From Candidatus Scalinduaceae bacterium (GTDB lineage: Bacteria; Planctomycetota; Brocadiia; Brocadiales; Scalinduaceae), in the NCBI GenBank assembly GCA_046759445.1, contig JBHICG010000003.1, forward strand, positions 1-64,000: a stretch of 64,000 nucleotides of DNA, in the 5' to 3' direction. Below are positions 38,122 through 48,030 of the stretch, piece by piece; position 1 is the stretch's first letter, and every line of letters begins with the position of its first letter. The notes beneath the pieces were generated by a model. It did not search any database, was not told the origin of the DNA, and saw nothing but the letters and a program-made list of their open reading frames with translations. The position numbers and the translations under genes are program-made.

Positions 38122-39108
38122 ATGGCAGACATAAACAACACAATTCTTAGTAGTGAAGAAGTAGAGAGCTTATTGGAATCCTTTCATGAAGGTCAACTTC
38201 CTATTGAACAGACGGAAGTAGTTGATGAAGGAGGAATGATTAAGTATTATGACTTCAGGCGTCCTAACACAATATCTAGGGAAAAGAAGCGCATGCTGTA
38301 TAAGTTATATGAAGGTACTGCTTATCATATGGGCAGAGGAGTATCTAATTATTTGAGGTCAACCGTGAAGGTTAGCCTGGATTCTATAGATGAATTAAGT
38401 TTTGAAATCTTTAAGAATACGTGTCCAGAACTTCTTTTTGTAAATACTATCAGGCTAAGACCACTGCAGGGCTTAGGATGTATTACAATGGATTTAGGTT
38501 TGTGTCTGTCTTTTGTAGAGAAGGCTTTTGGAGCTTCAGGAAGATCTGAAAATGCAATAAGAAAACTGACTGATATAGAGATAAAGATTCTCGGTAATAT
38601 AATATCGATTATGTTGGAAAAATTTAAAAGTGCATGGGAACCGTTTATGTCTATGGACTGGAGAAGTTTTGAGAACATAACGGAAACAAGGTATCTTAAC
38701 ATTGCTTCAGAAACGGAAGTTGTATTATTGGTCTCGTTTACGGTAAGTTTGGATTACAGTTTTGGTGAAATGAAGCTTTGCGTGCCTGTTTCTAGTATGT
38801 CTTCTGTCCTGGAACGAATGAGTGATAGTGAACGGCCTGATGATTCGAAGGGACGTAATAAGGCAAACGCTGAGATTCTTGGTAAATTAGTAAAGGAATT
38901 AAAACTTGTCATGGCTGGAATATTGGATGAGACTAATATTGCTGTAGATGATTTAATAAATCTCAAAGAGGGTGACGTAATTAAGCTGGATAGTAAAATT
39001 TCAGATGATATAAAGATTGCTGTAGAGGGCAAAAATAAATTTTATGGTAAATTAGGGCTTTTAGGGAAAAAAAAGGCCACGCAAATCTCTACATTAATAA
39101 ATAAGTAA
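38122..39108 (+). CDS. fliM: Motor switch protein FliM
   Basis: ILSSEEVESLL, YDFRRP, C-terminal SpoA domain. Confidence 0.95.
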   Translation: MADINNTILSSEEVESLLESFHEGQLPIEQTEVVDEGGMIKYYDFRRPNTISREKKRMLYKLYEGTAYHMGRGVSNYLRSTVKVSLDSIDELSFEIFKNTCPELLFVNTIRLRPLQGLGCITMDLGLCLSFVEKAFGASGRSENAIRKLTDIEIKILGNIISIMLEKFKSAWEPFMSMDWRSFENITETRYLNIASETEVVLLVSFTVSLDYSFGEMKLCVPVSSMSSVLERMSDSERPDDSKGRNKANAEILGKLVKELKLVMAGILDETNIAVDDLINLKEGDVIKLDSKISDDIKIAVEGKNKFYGKLGLLGKKKATQISTLINK

Positions 39109-39190
39109 ATAATAAATCGCATTGACGGGAATATTGTAGTTTATGTTTTGTTAGTTTATAAAACTTTATTTTCTACAAGGGGGATTATAT

Positions 39191-39574
39191 ATGGAAGAAA
39201 AAACAAATGAAGATCAGGCGGTATCTACTCAGGATGTAAGTGATAAAGATACTATAAAATCTGTTAAATTAACTCCTCTAAATCCAGCACAGACTCAATC
39301 TGACAAAAAAAATGTAAATAATATGGATTTATTAATGGATATTCAAATTCCTATACTTGTAGAACTTGGAAAGACTGAGATGTTATTACAGGACGTACTG
39401 GCATTGACTCAAGGATCAATAGTTGAGCTGGATAGTTTAGCAGGAGAACCAGTTAAGATAACAATTCGCGGTAAAACAATTGCATATGGTGAGGTTGTTG
39501 TTGTTGACGAAAATTTTGGTGTAAAAATAATAAAGATCGCAAAACCTCAGGACAGAATTAAAAGCATGGGTTAA
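39191..39574 (+). CDS. fliN: Motor switch protein FliN
   Basis: LMDIQIPILVELG...GEVVVVDENFGVKI. Confidence 0.96.
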   Translation: MEEKTNEDQAVSTQDVSDKDTIKSVKLTPLNPAQTQSDKKNVNNMDLLMDIQIPILVELGKTEMLLQDVLALTQGSIVELDSLAGEPVKITIRGKTIAYGEVVVVDENFGVKIIKIAKPQDRIKSMG

Positions 39575-39952
39575 AGTACTATTGAGTATGCAGTCAAGCT
39601 CTTTATACATAAACATATACTAGGTTTACAACTAAAATATTTATTACTCCTCTGTCATTTTAACATGGAGGTGGACAAGGAGTATACTAACGAATTGCAT
39701 TGAAGACCGTTCAAAATATTGCATGCCATTATCCAACGTAGAAAGGGGTGAATGCATTACGTTGGTTTGAAAAAATGTTTTTTTCCAACCATATTTTTTA
39801 CTGCATCTTGCTCGTGTTGTAATATGAGCAGGTTTCATTTCTACATATAAAATCACATAACAGAGAGACAAAATTGTTTGTTGCATTTGATTCGTCGTTT
39901 TATCCCTGCAAGTGCTCCATTTCATGTAACTTCTTTCTATAGATGGTTGTTT

Positions 39953-39987
39953 GTTTAAGAAAACCACGATTAGTTTAAAAAGACCAC
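39953..39987. promoter_or_regulatory. Paired enhancer boxes upstream of fliO
   Basis: GTTTAAGAAAACCAC-N5-GTTTAAAAAGACCAC. Confidence 0.7.
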
Positions 39988-40124
39988 GATACCTCTTGTT
40001 CTAATAATCCACCAGTAGTGATTCAGGTTATACAATTAATATTTTTAAGATCTAAAAACGTGTAAGTCGTGAAATTATAATGAGATAGAGCAGTGATGTA
40101 TATTGAAAATTTAAGCAAACAATG

Positions 40125-40140
40125 TGGTATATGATTTGCT
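40125..40140 (+). promoter_or_regulatory. sigma54 promoter of the fliO-flhF operon
   Basis: TGGTATATGATTTGCT. Confidence 0.8.
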
Positions 40141-40163
40141 AATTTCCACTTTGAGGGTTTTCT

Positions 40164-40652
40164 ATGAAGAAAAATTGTCATAAAACTGCTTTGGTAACAA
40201 TACTTATTTTACTGTGTGTTTTATTGTCATCTATAGAGGCATATAGTGAAAGCCTTGTGGGGGGGGGAGAGTGGATTGTAAATGGTTCTACCAAGAAGTC
40301 TAATCCAAACGTATTTCAGGATTATATAAGGATAGCAAGCACACTGCTTATGATCATACCCCTAATAATCATTACAGTATACGTTCTCAAGAGAAAATAC
40401 GGAATAAAAACAGGTATCGGTATAGGTAAGAAACACATACAGATAATCGATCATACACCATTGGGAGTAAAGAAGTCAATGTTTTTGGTTAAGGTACCAG
40501 GAAGGCATTTATTGATTGGTGTAACTAATGACAAAATAGAATTGATAACCGAGGTTTCAAACGAAGATGTGGTTGATACTGGTGAGAATGTTAATAAAAA
40601 CGAATTTTTAAGTTTAATTAAAAAATCCTATTTAGGAAAGAAACAAAGATGA
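40164..40652 (+). CDS. fliO: Export protein FliO/FliZ
   Basis: TM then IQIIDHTPLGVKKSMFLVKV...LLIGVT; precedes fliP. Confidence 0.9.
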   Translation: MKKNCHKTALVTILILLCVLLSSIEAYSESLVGGGEWIVNGSTKKSNPNVFQDYIRIASTLLMIIPLIIITVYVLKRKYGIKTGIGIGKKHIQIIDHTPLGVKKSMFLVKVPGRHLLIGVTNDKIELITEVSNEDVVDTGENVNKNEFLSLIKKSYLGKKQR

Positions 40653-41416
40653 GATACTTATCCAGGACATTGATAGTGTTGGTGTACTGTAGTATTGTTT
40701 TACTCTTCGTGCAAACAATACAGGCAGAAGAAACAGTTGATAGTCAAACAAAGATGGCAATAAACCTGGGAGACCTTGGTGATCCAAAGGAGTTTGCGAA
40801 TGTTATAAAGATACTACTGATAATGACCTCTTTAACTGTCTTGCCCGGTTTATTATTGGTTATGACTTCATTTACGAGAATTATTATAGTTCTGTCATTT
40901 GCAAGAAAGGCATTGTCGTTTCAACAAATGCCATCCAATCAGATTTTAATTGGGATTGCTCTCTTAATAACTTTTTTTGTGATGTTTCCCATATTTAATC
41001 AGATTAACGAGAATGCCATACAGCCATATATGAATGAAGATATTACCCAAAAAGAGGCTTTTAATAAAGGCATAGATCCATTAAAAAGCTTTATGGCCAA
41101 ACAAACAAGAGAAAAAGATATAGCATTATTTTACAACATTGCAAAAATGGGAAAACCTGATTCCCTTAATGATGTTCCCATTCACATTTTGATGCCAGCT
41201 TTTGTTTTGAGTGAATTAAAGACGGCCTTTCAAATGGGTTTTGTAATTTATCTGCCTTTTATAGTAATAGATCTGGTTGTTGCTAGTGTTCTAACTTCTA
41301 TGGGCATGTTCATGCTCCCACCAATGATGATCTCCATACCCTTTAAGGTTGTTTTATTTGTATTGGTTGATGGTTGGCATCTAGTTATTCAATCATTGGT
41401 TTCAAGTATTAGGTAG
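40649..41416 (+). CDS. fliP: Export gate FliP
   Basis: MTSFTRIIIVL, PAFVLSELKTAF, PFKVVLFVLVDGW. Confidence 0.98.
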   Translation: MRYLSRTLIVLVYCSIVLLFVQTIQAEETVDSQTKMAINLGDLGDPKEFANVIKILLIMTSLTVLPGLLLVMTSFTRIIIVLSFARKALSFQQMPSNQILIGIALLITFFVMFPIFNQINENAIQPYMNEDITQKEAFNKGIDPLKSFMAKQTREKDIALFYNIAKMGKPDSLNDVPIHILMPAFVLSELKTAFQMGFVIYLPFIVIDLVVASVLTSMGMFMLPPMMISIPFKVVLFVLVDGWHLVIQSLVSSIR

Positions 41417-41422
41417 GAGATT

Positions 41423-41692
41423 ATGGGACAAGATATTGTAGTTTTTCTTGGCAAGGAAACGTTATGGATTACGATTATGCTCATTGGGCCACTTATCGGA
41501 ACAGCTTTGGTAGTTGGACTTTTAATAGGAATCTTTCAGGCGGCGACAAGTATTCAAGAACAAACACTTACATTTCTGCCAAAATTATTGGCAGTATTAG
41601 GAGTATTTATTCTTGCTATGCCCTGGTTGTTACAAAGATTAATGACATTTACTTCAATGCTATTGGGGAATCTTTCTAAATATTCTTTCTGA
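41423..41692 (+). CDS. fliQ: Export gate FliQ
   Basis: FQAATSIQEQTLTFLPK. Confidence 0.98.
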   Translation: MGQDIVVFLGKETLWITIMLIGPLIGTALVVGLLIGIFQAATSIQEQTLTFLPKLLAVLGVFILAMPWLLQRLMTFTSMLLGNLSKYSF

Positions 41693-41698
41693 ATAAAA

Positions 41699-42469
41699 AT
41701 GTTACTAAATATTATTAACCTTTTCCCATTATTTATTATAGTACTATTCAGGACGGCCGGTGTTCTTTTTTTTTCTCCAATTTTTAATCAAACAAGTTTA
41801 CCCCTTATCGTAAAAGTGGGTCTGGCGCTTGCAATTACTATTGCCATATTTCCTGCCGTAAATAGCTCTCAACAAACATTGCCTGATAGTATGTTGGCCT
41901 TTATTTTCATAATCTTCAAGGAGATTGCAATTGGTTTCATTATTGGGTATGCAGCAACCTTGGTATTTGAAGCCTTTGTTTTTGCGGGAGACCTTATAAG
42001 TGCTGAAATGGGATTACAAATGGCAGTAATGGCTGATCCGTTATCTGAAAATCAGATAACCGTAGTTTCACAACTGATTCAGGTGATAGGATTCCTTGTA
42101 TTTTTGGCAATAAACGGACATCACTGGATAATCAATGCACTGGTTCTAAGTTATAAGACTGTTCCTATAACTGAATTTTTTGGATCAGGTATAACAATAA
42201 GCAAAACAATGCAAATGTTTGAAGGATTGTTTATATCTGCAATTAAGATAGCTGCTCCTGTTATGATTATTATGTCTCTTATTGTGATTGTTACCGGATT
42301 GATTGGTAGATCTATACCGCAGATAAATATTCTCATGACAGTTTTTCCACTGAAGATTATTGTTGGTTCTTTAATCCTGGCCATAATCTTTCCATTTATA
42401 GTGCGCGCAATGGAATATTTATTGAATATATTTCGTAAGGATTTGTTTAGCCTGGTAGGAGGCATGTAA
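41699..42469 (+). CDS. fliR: Export gate FliR
   Basis: Hydrophobic; AGDLISAEMG, NGHH, PQINI. Confidence 0.96.
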   Translation: MLLNIINLFPLFIIVLFRTAGVLFFSPIFNQTSLPLIVKVGLALAITIAIFPAVNSSQQTLPDSMLAFIFIIFKEIAIGFIIGYAATLVFEAFVFAGDLISAEMGLQMAVMADPLSENQITVVSQLIQVIGFLVFLAINGHHWIINALVLSYKTVPITEFFGSGITISKTMQMFEGLFISAIKIAAPVMIIMSLIVIVTGLIGRSIPQINILMTVFPLKIIVGSLILAIIFPFIVRAMEYLLNIFRKDLFSLVGGM

Positions 42470-43531
42470 ATGGCTGAATCATTTAGTGAAAAAACAGAAC
42501 CTGCCACTCCCAAAAAGAGGCAAGAAGCTCGGCGTAAAGGCAATGTTGCAAATAGTCAAGACTTTAACAGTGCCATGATGTTATTGTTTGGAGCTATATT
42601 TTTATATTATTTGGGAGGTAATATGTTGGGGTATATGAAAGATACGATGAGCTTGTTTTTAGGAAATCTTTTTTTTGAAAAATTAGACGTTAATATTTTA
42701 CAAGCTTTGATGATTGATATTTATAGCAGAAATTTAAAAGGCATTCTGCCTATACTGGGCGCTTTTATGGTAATAGGAATAGTAAGCTCATACACGCAGG
42801 TTGGTTTTCTTCTAAGCCCGAAGGCGCTTGTGCCGGATTTTAAGAAATTAAATCCTGTTACGGGTATAAAGAACCTTGTATCAAAGAGGTCGTTGGTAAG
42901 GCTTTCGATGTCTCTCGTGAAATTGTCAATAATGGTACTTGTGGCATATTTTTCCATAAGGAAGGATATAGAACCATTGATGGAATTAGTAAGCATGAGG
43001 CTGGACGGTATGTTTAGTGCTGCATCTAGTTTGATATTCTATCTTACTCTGAAAATTACAATCATCTTGTTTATTTTGGCGCTCATTGATTTTATGTACC
43101 AGAAATGGCAGTATTCTAAGGATTTAATGATGACCAAACATGAGGTTAAACAGGAATCAAAACAATCCGAAGGTGATCCTTTGGTAAAATCCAGAATTAA
43201 AAGTGTTCAGCGTGAGATGGCTAAAAAAAGAATGATGAAGGCAATACCAGAGGCAGATGTAGTTGTTTCCAACCCTACGCATTATGCAATAGCGCTTAAA
43301 TATGATGCATCCACAATGAATGCGCCAAAAGTTGTTGCAAAGGGGGTCGATCTTATAGCATTAAAGATAATGGAAATAGCAAGGGAGAATTATGTTCCTA
43401 TAGTTGAGGACAGGCTTCTTGCACGAATTTTATATGATACCGTTGAAATAGATGGTGAAGTTCCTCCCAAACTTTATCAGGCAGTGGCAAAGGTTCTTTC
43501 TTACGTTTATCAATTGCGTAATCTAGTCTAA
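42470..43531 (+). CDS. flhB: Export switch protein FlhB
   Basis: EKTEPATPKK, EGDP, NPTH autocleavage motif. Confidence 0.98.
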   Translation: MAESFSEKTEPATPKKRQEARRKGNVANSQDFNSAMMLLFGAIFLYYLGGNMLGYMKDTMSLFLGNLFFEKLDVNILQALMIDIYSRNLKGILPILGAFMVIGIVSSYTQVGFLLSPKALVPDFKKLNPVTGIKNLVSKRSLVRLSMSLVKLSIMVLVAYFSIRKDIEPLMELVSMRLDGMFSAASSLIFYLTLKITIILFILALIDFMYQKWQYSKDLMMTKHEVKQESKQSEGDPLVKSRIKSVQREMAKKRMMKAIPEADVVVSNPTHYAIALKYDASTMNAPKVVAKGVDLIALKIMEIARENYVPIVEDRLLARILYDTVEIDGEVPPKLYQAVAKVLSYVYQLRNLV

Positions 43532-43559
43532 AAAAACAATCAATATGGTGATGCACTAA

Positions 43560-45656
43560 ATGGCTGAAAATGAAATAATTAAATACAGACCTGCAGTACA
43601 GTTGTTGTTTAAAAACAGTGAATATGGTCTTGCTATTGGAGTGGTGTGTATTTTAGTTGTTCTCATAATCCCGCTCCCTACATTTTTACTTGATATTTTA
43701 ATAACCGTCAACATCTCACTGTCATTTTTGGTGCTTCTCGTTACCTTAAACGTAAAACAGGCGTTAGAGATTTCTACATTTCCGTCTCTTCTACTTTTTG
43801 TCACGCTTTTTCGACTTGCCTTAAATGTTGCATCAACTCGCCTTATCCTTATGAATGCCGATGCTGGTAATGTGATAGCATCTTTTGGTAATTTTGTAGT
43901 AGGTGGTAATATAGTGATTGGATTAGTGATTTTCTTAATCCTGACAATCATTCAATTTATAGTGATCACAAAAGGCGCCACAAGAATATCAGAAGTAGCT
44001 GCCAGATTCACTTTAGATGCAATGCCTGGTAAGCAGATGAGTATTGACGCTGATTTAAACTCAGGTGCAATTACGGAAGAGGAGGCAAGAAGCAGGCGAA
44101 ACGTTATTTCACAGGAAGCAGAATTCTATGGTTCAATGGATGGTGCAAGTAAATTTGTAAGTGGTGATGCTATCGCTGGGATTGTCATTACCATAATTAA
44201 CATTGCCGGTGGCATAGCCGTTGGTAGCTTGATGCAGGGGATGCATATTTCTGAAGCGTTATCTACTTATACAATTTTAACTGTTGGTGATGGATTGGTA
44301 TCTCAAATTCCTTCTTTAATTAATGCAACAACCGCGGCAATACTCATTACAAAGGCATCAACTAAATCCAGTCTGGGCAATGAGTTATCATCCCAAATAC
44401 TTACAGTGCCAAGGGCAATTGGGTTTGCTGCAGGGATCTTGGGCTTTTTTAGTATTATTCCGGGCATGCCAAAAGTTCCTTTTATGATCATGGCAATTTT
44501 ATTTGGATTAATGTATTACTTTACAAGAAAGAGTTCAACCAGTGGTGTCATGGGGAAGGAAGGCAAAGAACAAAAATTAAGAAAATCAAAGGAACTTAAG
44601 GAACCGGATGGTGGGATAGAAACCCTGTTACAGGTGGATAGAATGGGAATTGAAGTAGGTTATAAATTGGTCTCCTTGGTTGATCCCAAGAAGACAGGGG
44701 GGGTCTTAAGTAGAATCAGCACCCTTAGAAGACAACTTGCCAAAGATATGGGAGTAATAATTCCTCCCATACGTTTGAGAGATAATCTCCAACTTGGCCC
44801 AAATGAGTATCACATAAAGATAAAAGGGCAAACAATTGCTAAAGGAGAAATAATGCCAGATAGTTATTTAGCTCTTGGTGGAAATGAACAAGAACCAATA
44901 GAAGGTATTAAGACTGTGGATCCAGCTTATGGCTTGCCAGGTGTATGGATTGCCGAGTCTAAGAAGGAATCTGCTGAATCTGCAGGTTATACAGTAATAG
45001 ACCCTACATCCGTCTTAATCACACATTTGACAGAGATTATAAAATCTCATGCTCATGAAATAATAACCAGAGAGGATATTCAGAAATTGATTGAAAATTT
45101 AAAAAAAGATTCACCGACCTTAGTAAATGAATTGACGCCAAATGTTCTTACATTGGGTGTTGTGCAAGAGGTAATCAGGAATTTACTAAGAGAGAGAATT
45201 GCAATAAGAGATTTTTCAACTATCATTGAAACTCTTATTGACCACGCGCCTAGTACAAAGGATACAGAGGTATTGTCCGAATATGTGCGGCAGAAGTTGT
45301 GCAGAACGTTATGCGGTCAATATCAAGACGAATCAAACAAGATTAGTGTGATTTCGTTTGACCCAAAATTGGAACAAGAAATTGCAAATTCTATTCATGC
45401 AACCGAAAACAAATCTATACTTGCTTTAGAACCAAACTATGCCCAAAAAATAATAGATGCAATTGCCGCAACTATGAAGAAGACTTACTCGTCCAGTAGT
45501 AATCTGGTGCTTTTGACGTCTTCAACACTAAGAAATCACATCAGAAAATTAATCGAAAATGCAGTGCCATATTTACCGGTTTTGTCATATAAGGAGATCG
45601 CTCCGGGGGTTCAAATTGAATCACTTGGGGTTGTGAGTCTAACAAATGAGAATTAA
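43560..45656 (+). CDS. flhA: Export protein FlhA
   Basis: EVAARFTLDAMPGKQMSIDADL, FYGSMDGASKF. Confidence 0.98.
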   Translation: MAENEIIKYRPAVQLLFKNSEYGLAIGVVCILVVLIIPLPTFLLDILITVNISLSFLVLLVTLNVKQALEISTFPSLLLFVTLFRLALNVASTRLILMNADAGNVIASFGNFVVGGNIVIGLVIFLILTIIQFIVITKGATRISEVAARFTLDAMPGKQMSIDADLNSGAITEEEARSRRNVISQEAEFYGSMDGASKFVSGDAIAGIVITIINIAGGIAVGSLMQGMHISEALSTYTILTVGDGLVSQIPSLINATTAAILITKASTKSSLGNELSSQILTVPRAIGFAAGILGFFSIIPGMPKVPFMIMAILFGLMYYFTRKSSTSGVMGKEGKEQKLRKSKELKEPDGGIETLLQVDRMGIEVGYKLVSLVDPKKTGGVLSRISTLRRQLAKDMGVIIPPIRLRDNLQLGPNEYHIKIKGQTIAKGEIMPDSYLALGGNEQEPIEGIKTVDPAYGLPGVWIAESKKESAESAGYTVIDPTSVLITHLTEIIKSHAHEIITREDIQKLIENLKKDSPTLVNELTPNVLTLGVVQEVIRNLLRERIAIRDFSTIIETLIDHAPSTKDTEVLSEYVRQKLCRTLCGQYQDESNKISVISFDPKLEQEIANSIHATENKSILALEPNYAQKIIDAIAATMKKTYSSSSNLVLLTSSTLRNHIRKLIENAVPYLPVLSYKEIAPGVQIESLGVVSLTNEN

Positions 45657-46770
45657 ATCTTTTATTGCTCCAACAATACAGCAGGCGTTATTAGACATAA
45701 AAAGGGAGATGGGAGATTCTTCCTTAATTCTTGAAACCAGGAAGATAGAAGAAGGAGATGTGAGAGGGATATCGGGTCGTAAACTGATTGAAATTATTGC
45801 AGCAGAAAAATTTATCAGGCAAGATCCCGATAGAAAGCTTAATTGTAATAATCGTATAAGTGCCTTTAAGAATATAGATCATGAAGGGGCAATGCCTTTA
45901 TCAGATCGACATAATTACGGCTTAGAGAATGATTTACCAGTAGCAAGCAGAGAATTATTTCGTGAGCTTAGAGCCCAACAGGTAGAAAAAGAACATGCTC
46001 AGGTTTTGATAGGAGAGACACTACGTGAGTTTGACAAAGTCCCCACTGCTAGCCCCGCTGCTTCCTTGCGGAAGCAAGGATGCGGGGCTGTGGGGAAAGA
46101 TGGTGTTGAAAGAAAGGATTTGCAACGACATGTAATTAAAGAAAGGATTGCTAGTAAAATAAAAATCCCTGATTCTAACTCTGCAGGTATGAAAACTCAT
46201 AGAATAATGGCATTTATGGGGACCACTGGAGTTGGAAAAACAACAACACTCTCGAAATTAGCATCTGATGCAAGAAAGCATACAGATAAGGGTATAATAT
46301 TAATAAGTGTTAAAGATGATTCTGTAGGAAAGTTAAACAAAACAGCAGACCTAATAGGAGCAACGGTATGGGATGTAACTACACATCAAGAGCTTAGAAC
46401 AATTATAGAGGAATTTGGGAGTACTTCCCTTATTTTTATAGATACGCCGGGAATAAATCATCTTGACAACGTCGAGTTGTTAAAATTGAAGGCATACATT
46501 CATAACATACCAAATCTGGAGACACATCTTGTCGTCAATGCTACATCGAGATATACTGATGTTATTAATATCGTTAAGAATTTTAATACTATTCCCGTCC
46601 ATAGATTACTTTTTACCAAGGTTGATGAAACCAACATTTATGGGACATTGTTTAGTGTTGCAATGAAGACTCAGATACCTCTCTCTTATATTACTGATGG
46701 ACGAAAGATTCCTGAGGACATCAAACCTGTAACAAAACACATGATTGCAAAAATGGTTTTGGGACAATAA
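45646..46770 (+). CDS. flhF: SRP-family GTPase FlhF (divergent)
   Basis: MRIKSF N-terminus, GTTGVGKTTT, DTPG, TKVDE, GRKIPEDI. Confidence 0.92.
   Translation: MRIKSFIAPTIQQALLDIKREMGDSSLILETRKIEEGDVRGISGRKLIEIIAAEKFIRQDPDRKLNCNNRISAFKNIDHEGAMPLSDRHNYGLENDLPVASRELFRELRAQQVEKEHAQVLIGETLREFDKVPTASPAASLRKQGCGAVGKDGVERKDLQRHVIKERIASKIKIPDSNSAGMKTHRIMAFMGTTGVGKTTTLSKLASDARKHTDKGIILISVKDDSVGKLNKTADLIGATVWDVTTHQELRTIIEEFGSTSLIFIDTPGINHLDNVELLKLKAYIHNIPNLETHLVVNATSRYTDVINIVKNFNTIPVHRLLFTKVDETNIYGTLFSVAMKTQIPLSYITDGRKIPEDIKPVTKHMIAKMVLGQ
46041..46095. repeat. GC-rich nested palindrome inserted in frame in flhF
   Basis: CCCCAC..AGCCCCGC..TGCTTCC-TTGC-GGAAGCA..GCGGGGCT..GTGGGG with AAAG on both flanks. 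Confidence 0.8.
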
Positions 46771-46843
46771 TAGATTGGCAACCGAAAGGAGCTAATTTAT
46801 ATTAAATAATAAGATAGAAGTTAAAAGTAGTGTGCCATAGATG

Positions 46844-46859
46844 CGGCAAATATATTGCA
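46844..46859 (+). promoter_or_regulatory. Possible sigma54 promoter of fliA
   Basis: CGGCAAATATATTGCA (GG-N10-GC). Confidence 0.45.
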
Positions 46860-46942
46860 ATGTATATTTTTTCCTTTGAGAGTATTTTATTTTTATGTCA
46901 AAACGTGTTAACTGTTGCCCTTATGCTATAAGGAAATCATAA

Positions 46943-47719
46943 ATGCAAACGTCCGTAACCAAAGAAAAATTGTCAAAATGTGAAAAAAAGATTTTAAATA
47001 AATCAAAGAGAGATAAGTTCATAATGGACTATCTTCCTCTTGTAAAATATATAGTGGGAAAGATTATGGTACGTCTTCCCTCGCATGTTGATTATGAAGA
47101 CCTGATTGAGTCAGGTATCTTGGGGTTAATAGAGGCAGCTGAAAAATTCAATGAAAAAAAAGGTGTTAAATTTAAAACATATGCTTTTCACAGGATCAGA
47201 GGTTCAATTCTTGATTATCTTCGATTAGAAGATTGGGTGCCGCGTTCGGTTAGAGAAAAAGATAATAAGATTAAAGAGGCGTATAATTTACTGGAACAAA
47301 AACTTAAAAGGACTCCCAAAGCTGAAGAGGTGGCAAATGAGTTGGGTATTAGTTGTGATGAGCTTGACAAGATGTTAGCGGAAATAAATATGTGTTCATT
47401 GTTATATCTTGAGGATATTAATTTTGAAGAGAGTAATGGTTCACAAACAAAGACAAAAGAAATCCTTAAAGACAATCAAACTTGTGAACCATTAGAAACG
47501 TTAGAGTTGCAGGAAGAGCAGGGAATTCTTAAACATGCTATTACTGAGCTCAGACCTAAAGAAAGGTTAGCTATTACTCTATATTATTACGAGGATATGC
47601 TTTTAAGAGAAATAGCTGAAGTTATGAATATATCTGAATCAAGGGTTTCACAGTTGCATCATAGAGCTTTGATGTCGATTAGAGCGAGGGTAAATAAGTT
47701 TAAGACTGCTCAAAAATAA
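46943..47719 (+). CDS. fliA: Flagellar sigma factor sigma28
   Basis: RIRGSILDYLRLEDWVPRS, LYYYED, SESRVSQLH. Confidence 0.97.
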   Translation: MQTSVTKEKLSKCEKKILNKSKRDKFIMDYLPLVKYIVGKIMVRLPSHVDYEDLIESGILGLIEAAEKFNEKKGVKFKTYAFHRIRGSILDYLRLEDWVPRSVREKDNKIKEAYNLLEQKLKRTPKAEEVANELGISCDELDKMLAEINMCSLLYLEDINFEESNGSQTKTKEILKDNQTCEPLETLELQEEQGILKHAITELRPKERLAITLYYYEDMLLREIAEVMNISESRVSQLHHRALMSIRARVNKFKTAQK

Positions 47720-47748
47720 TAATTTAGGCGTGTCCTTATTCTTGAATC

Positions 47749-48030
47749 ATGAGCGACGGTATTCAACCTATACGTTATAATGCCCCACAGATAAAACGGA
47801 TTGACCGGAAGGGGAGTAGTCGTGGTAAAAATGAAAATAAGAAAGAGGAACAGGAATTTTTAGATTACCTATCTGCTAAGGATAAGGGTGGAAAAGGTAA
47901 AAGTCAAGATAAAGAGAAAAACGATCAGAAAAGTAAGGTTGACGACATAAAAGAAGATGAAAATACATTGCAAAAGGAAGATTATAAATTAGATGATACC
48001 TGTGGAACAATAATAGATGAAGAGGCATAA
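47749..48030 (+). CDS. Hypothetical charged protein
   Basis: 93 aa, K/E/D-rich, ends GTIIDEEA; abuts the next ORF. Confidence 0.65.
   Translation: MSDGIQPIRYNAPQIKRIDRKGSSRGKNENKKEEQEFLDYLSAKDKGGKGKSQDKEKNDQKSKVDDIKEDENTLQKEDYKLDDTCGTIIDEEA

Noticed and set aside
39644..39967. 107-aa minus-strand ORF between fliN and fliO
   Set aside because: Starts within the enhancer boxes; no RBS or recognisable motif
27040..47719. Non-flagellar type III secretion system, or a defective flagellum because flgD-L and fliK are absent
   Set aside because: Components are clearly flagellar; the cluster runs off the window at fliC, so missing genes may lie outside
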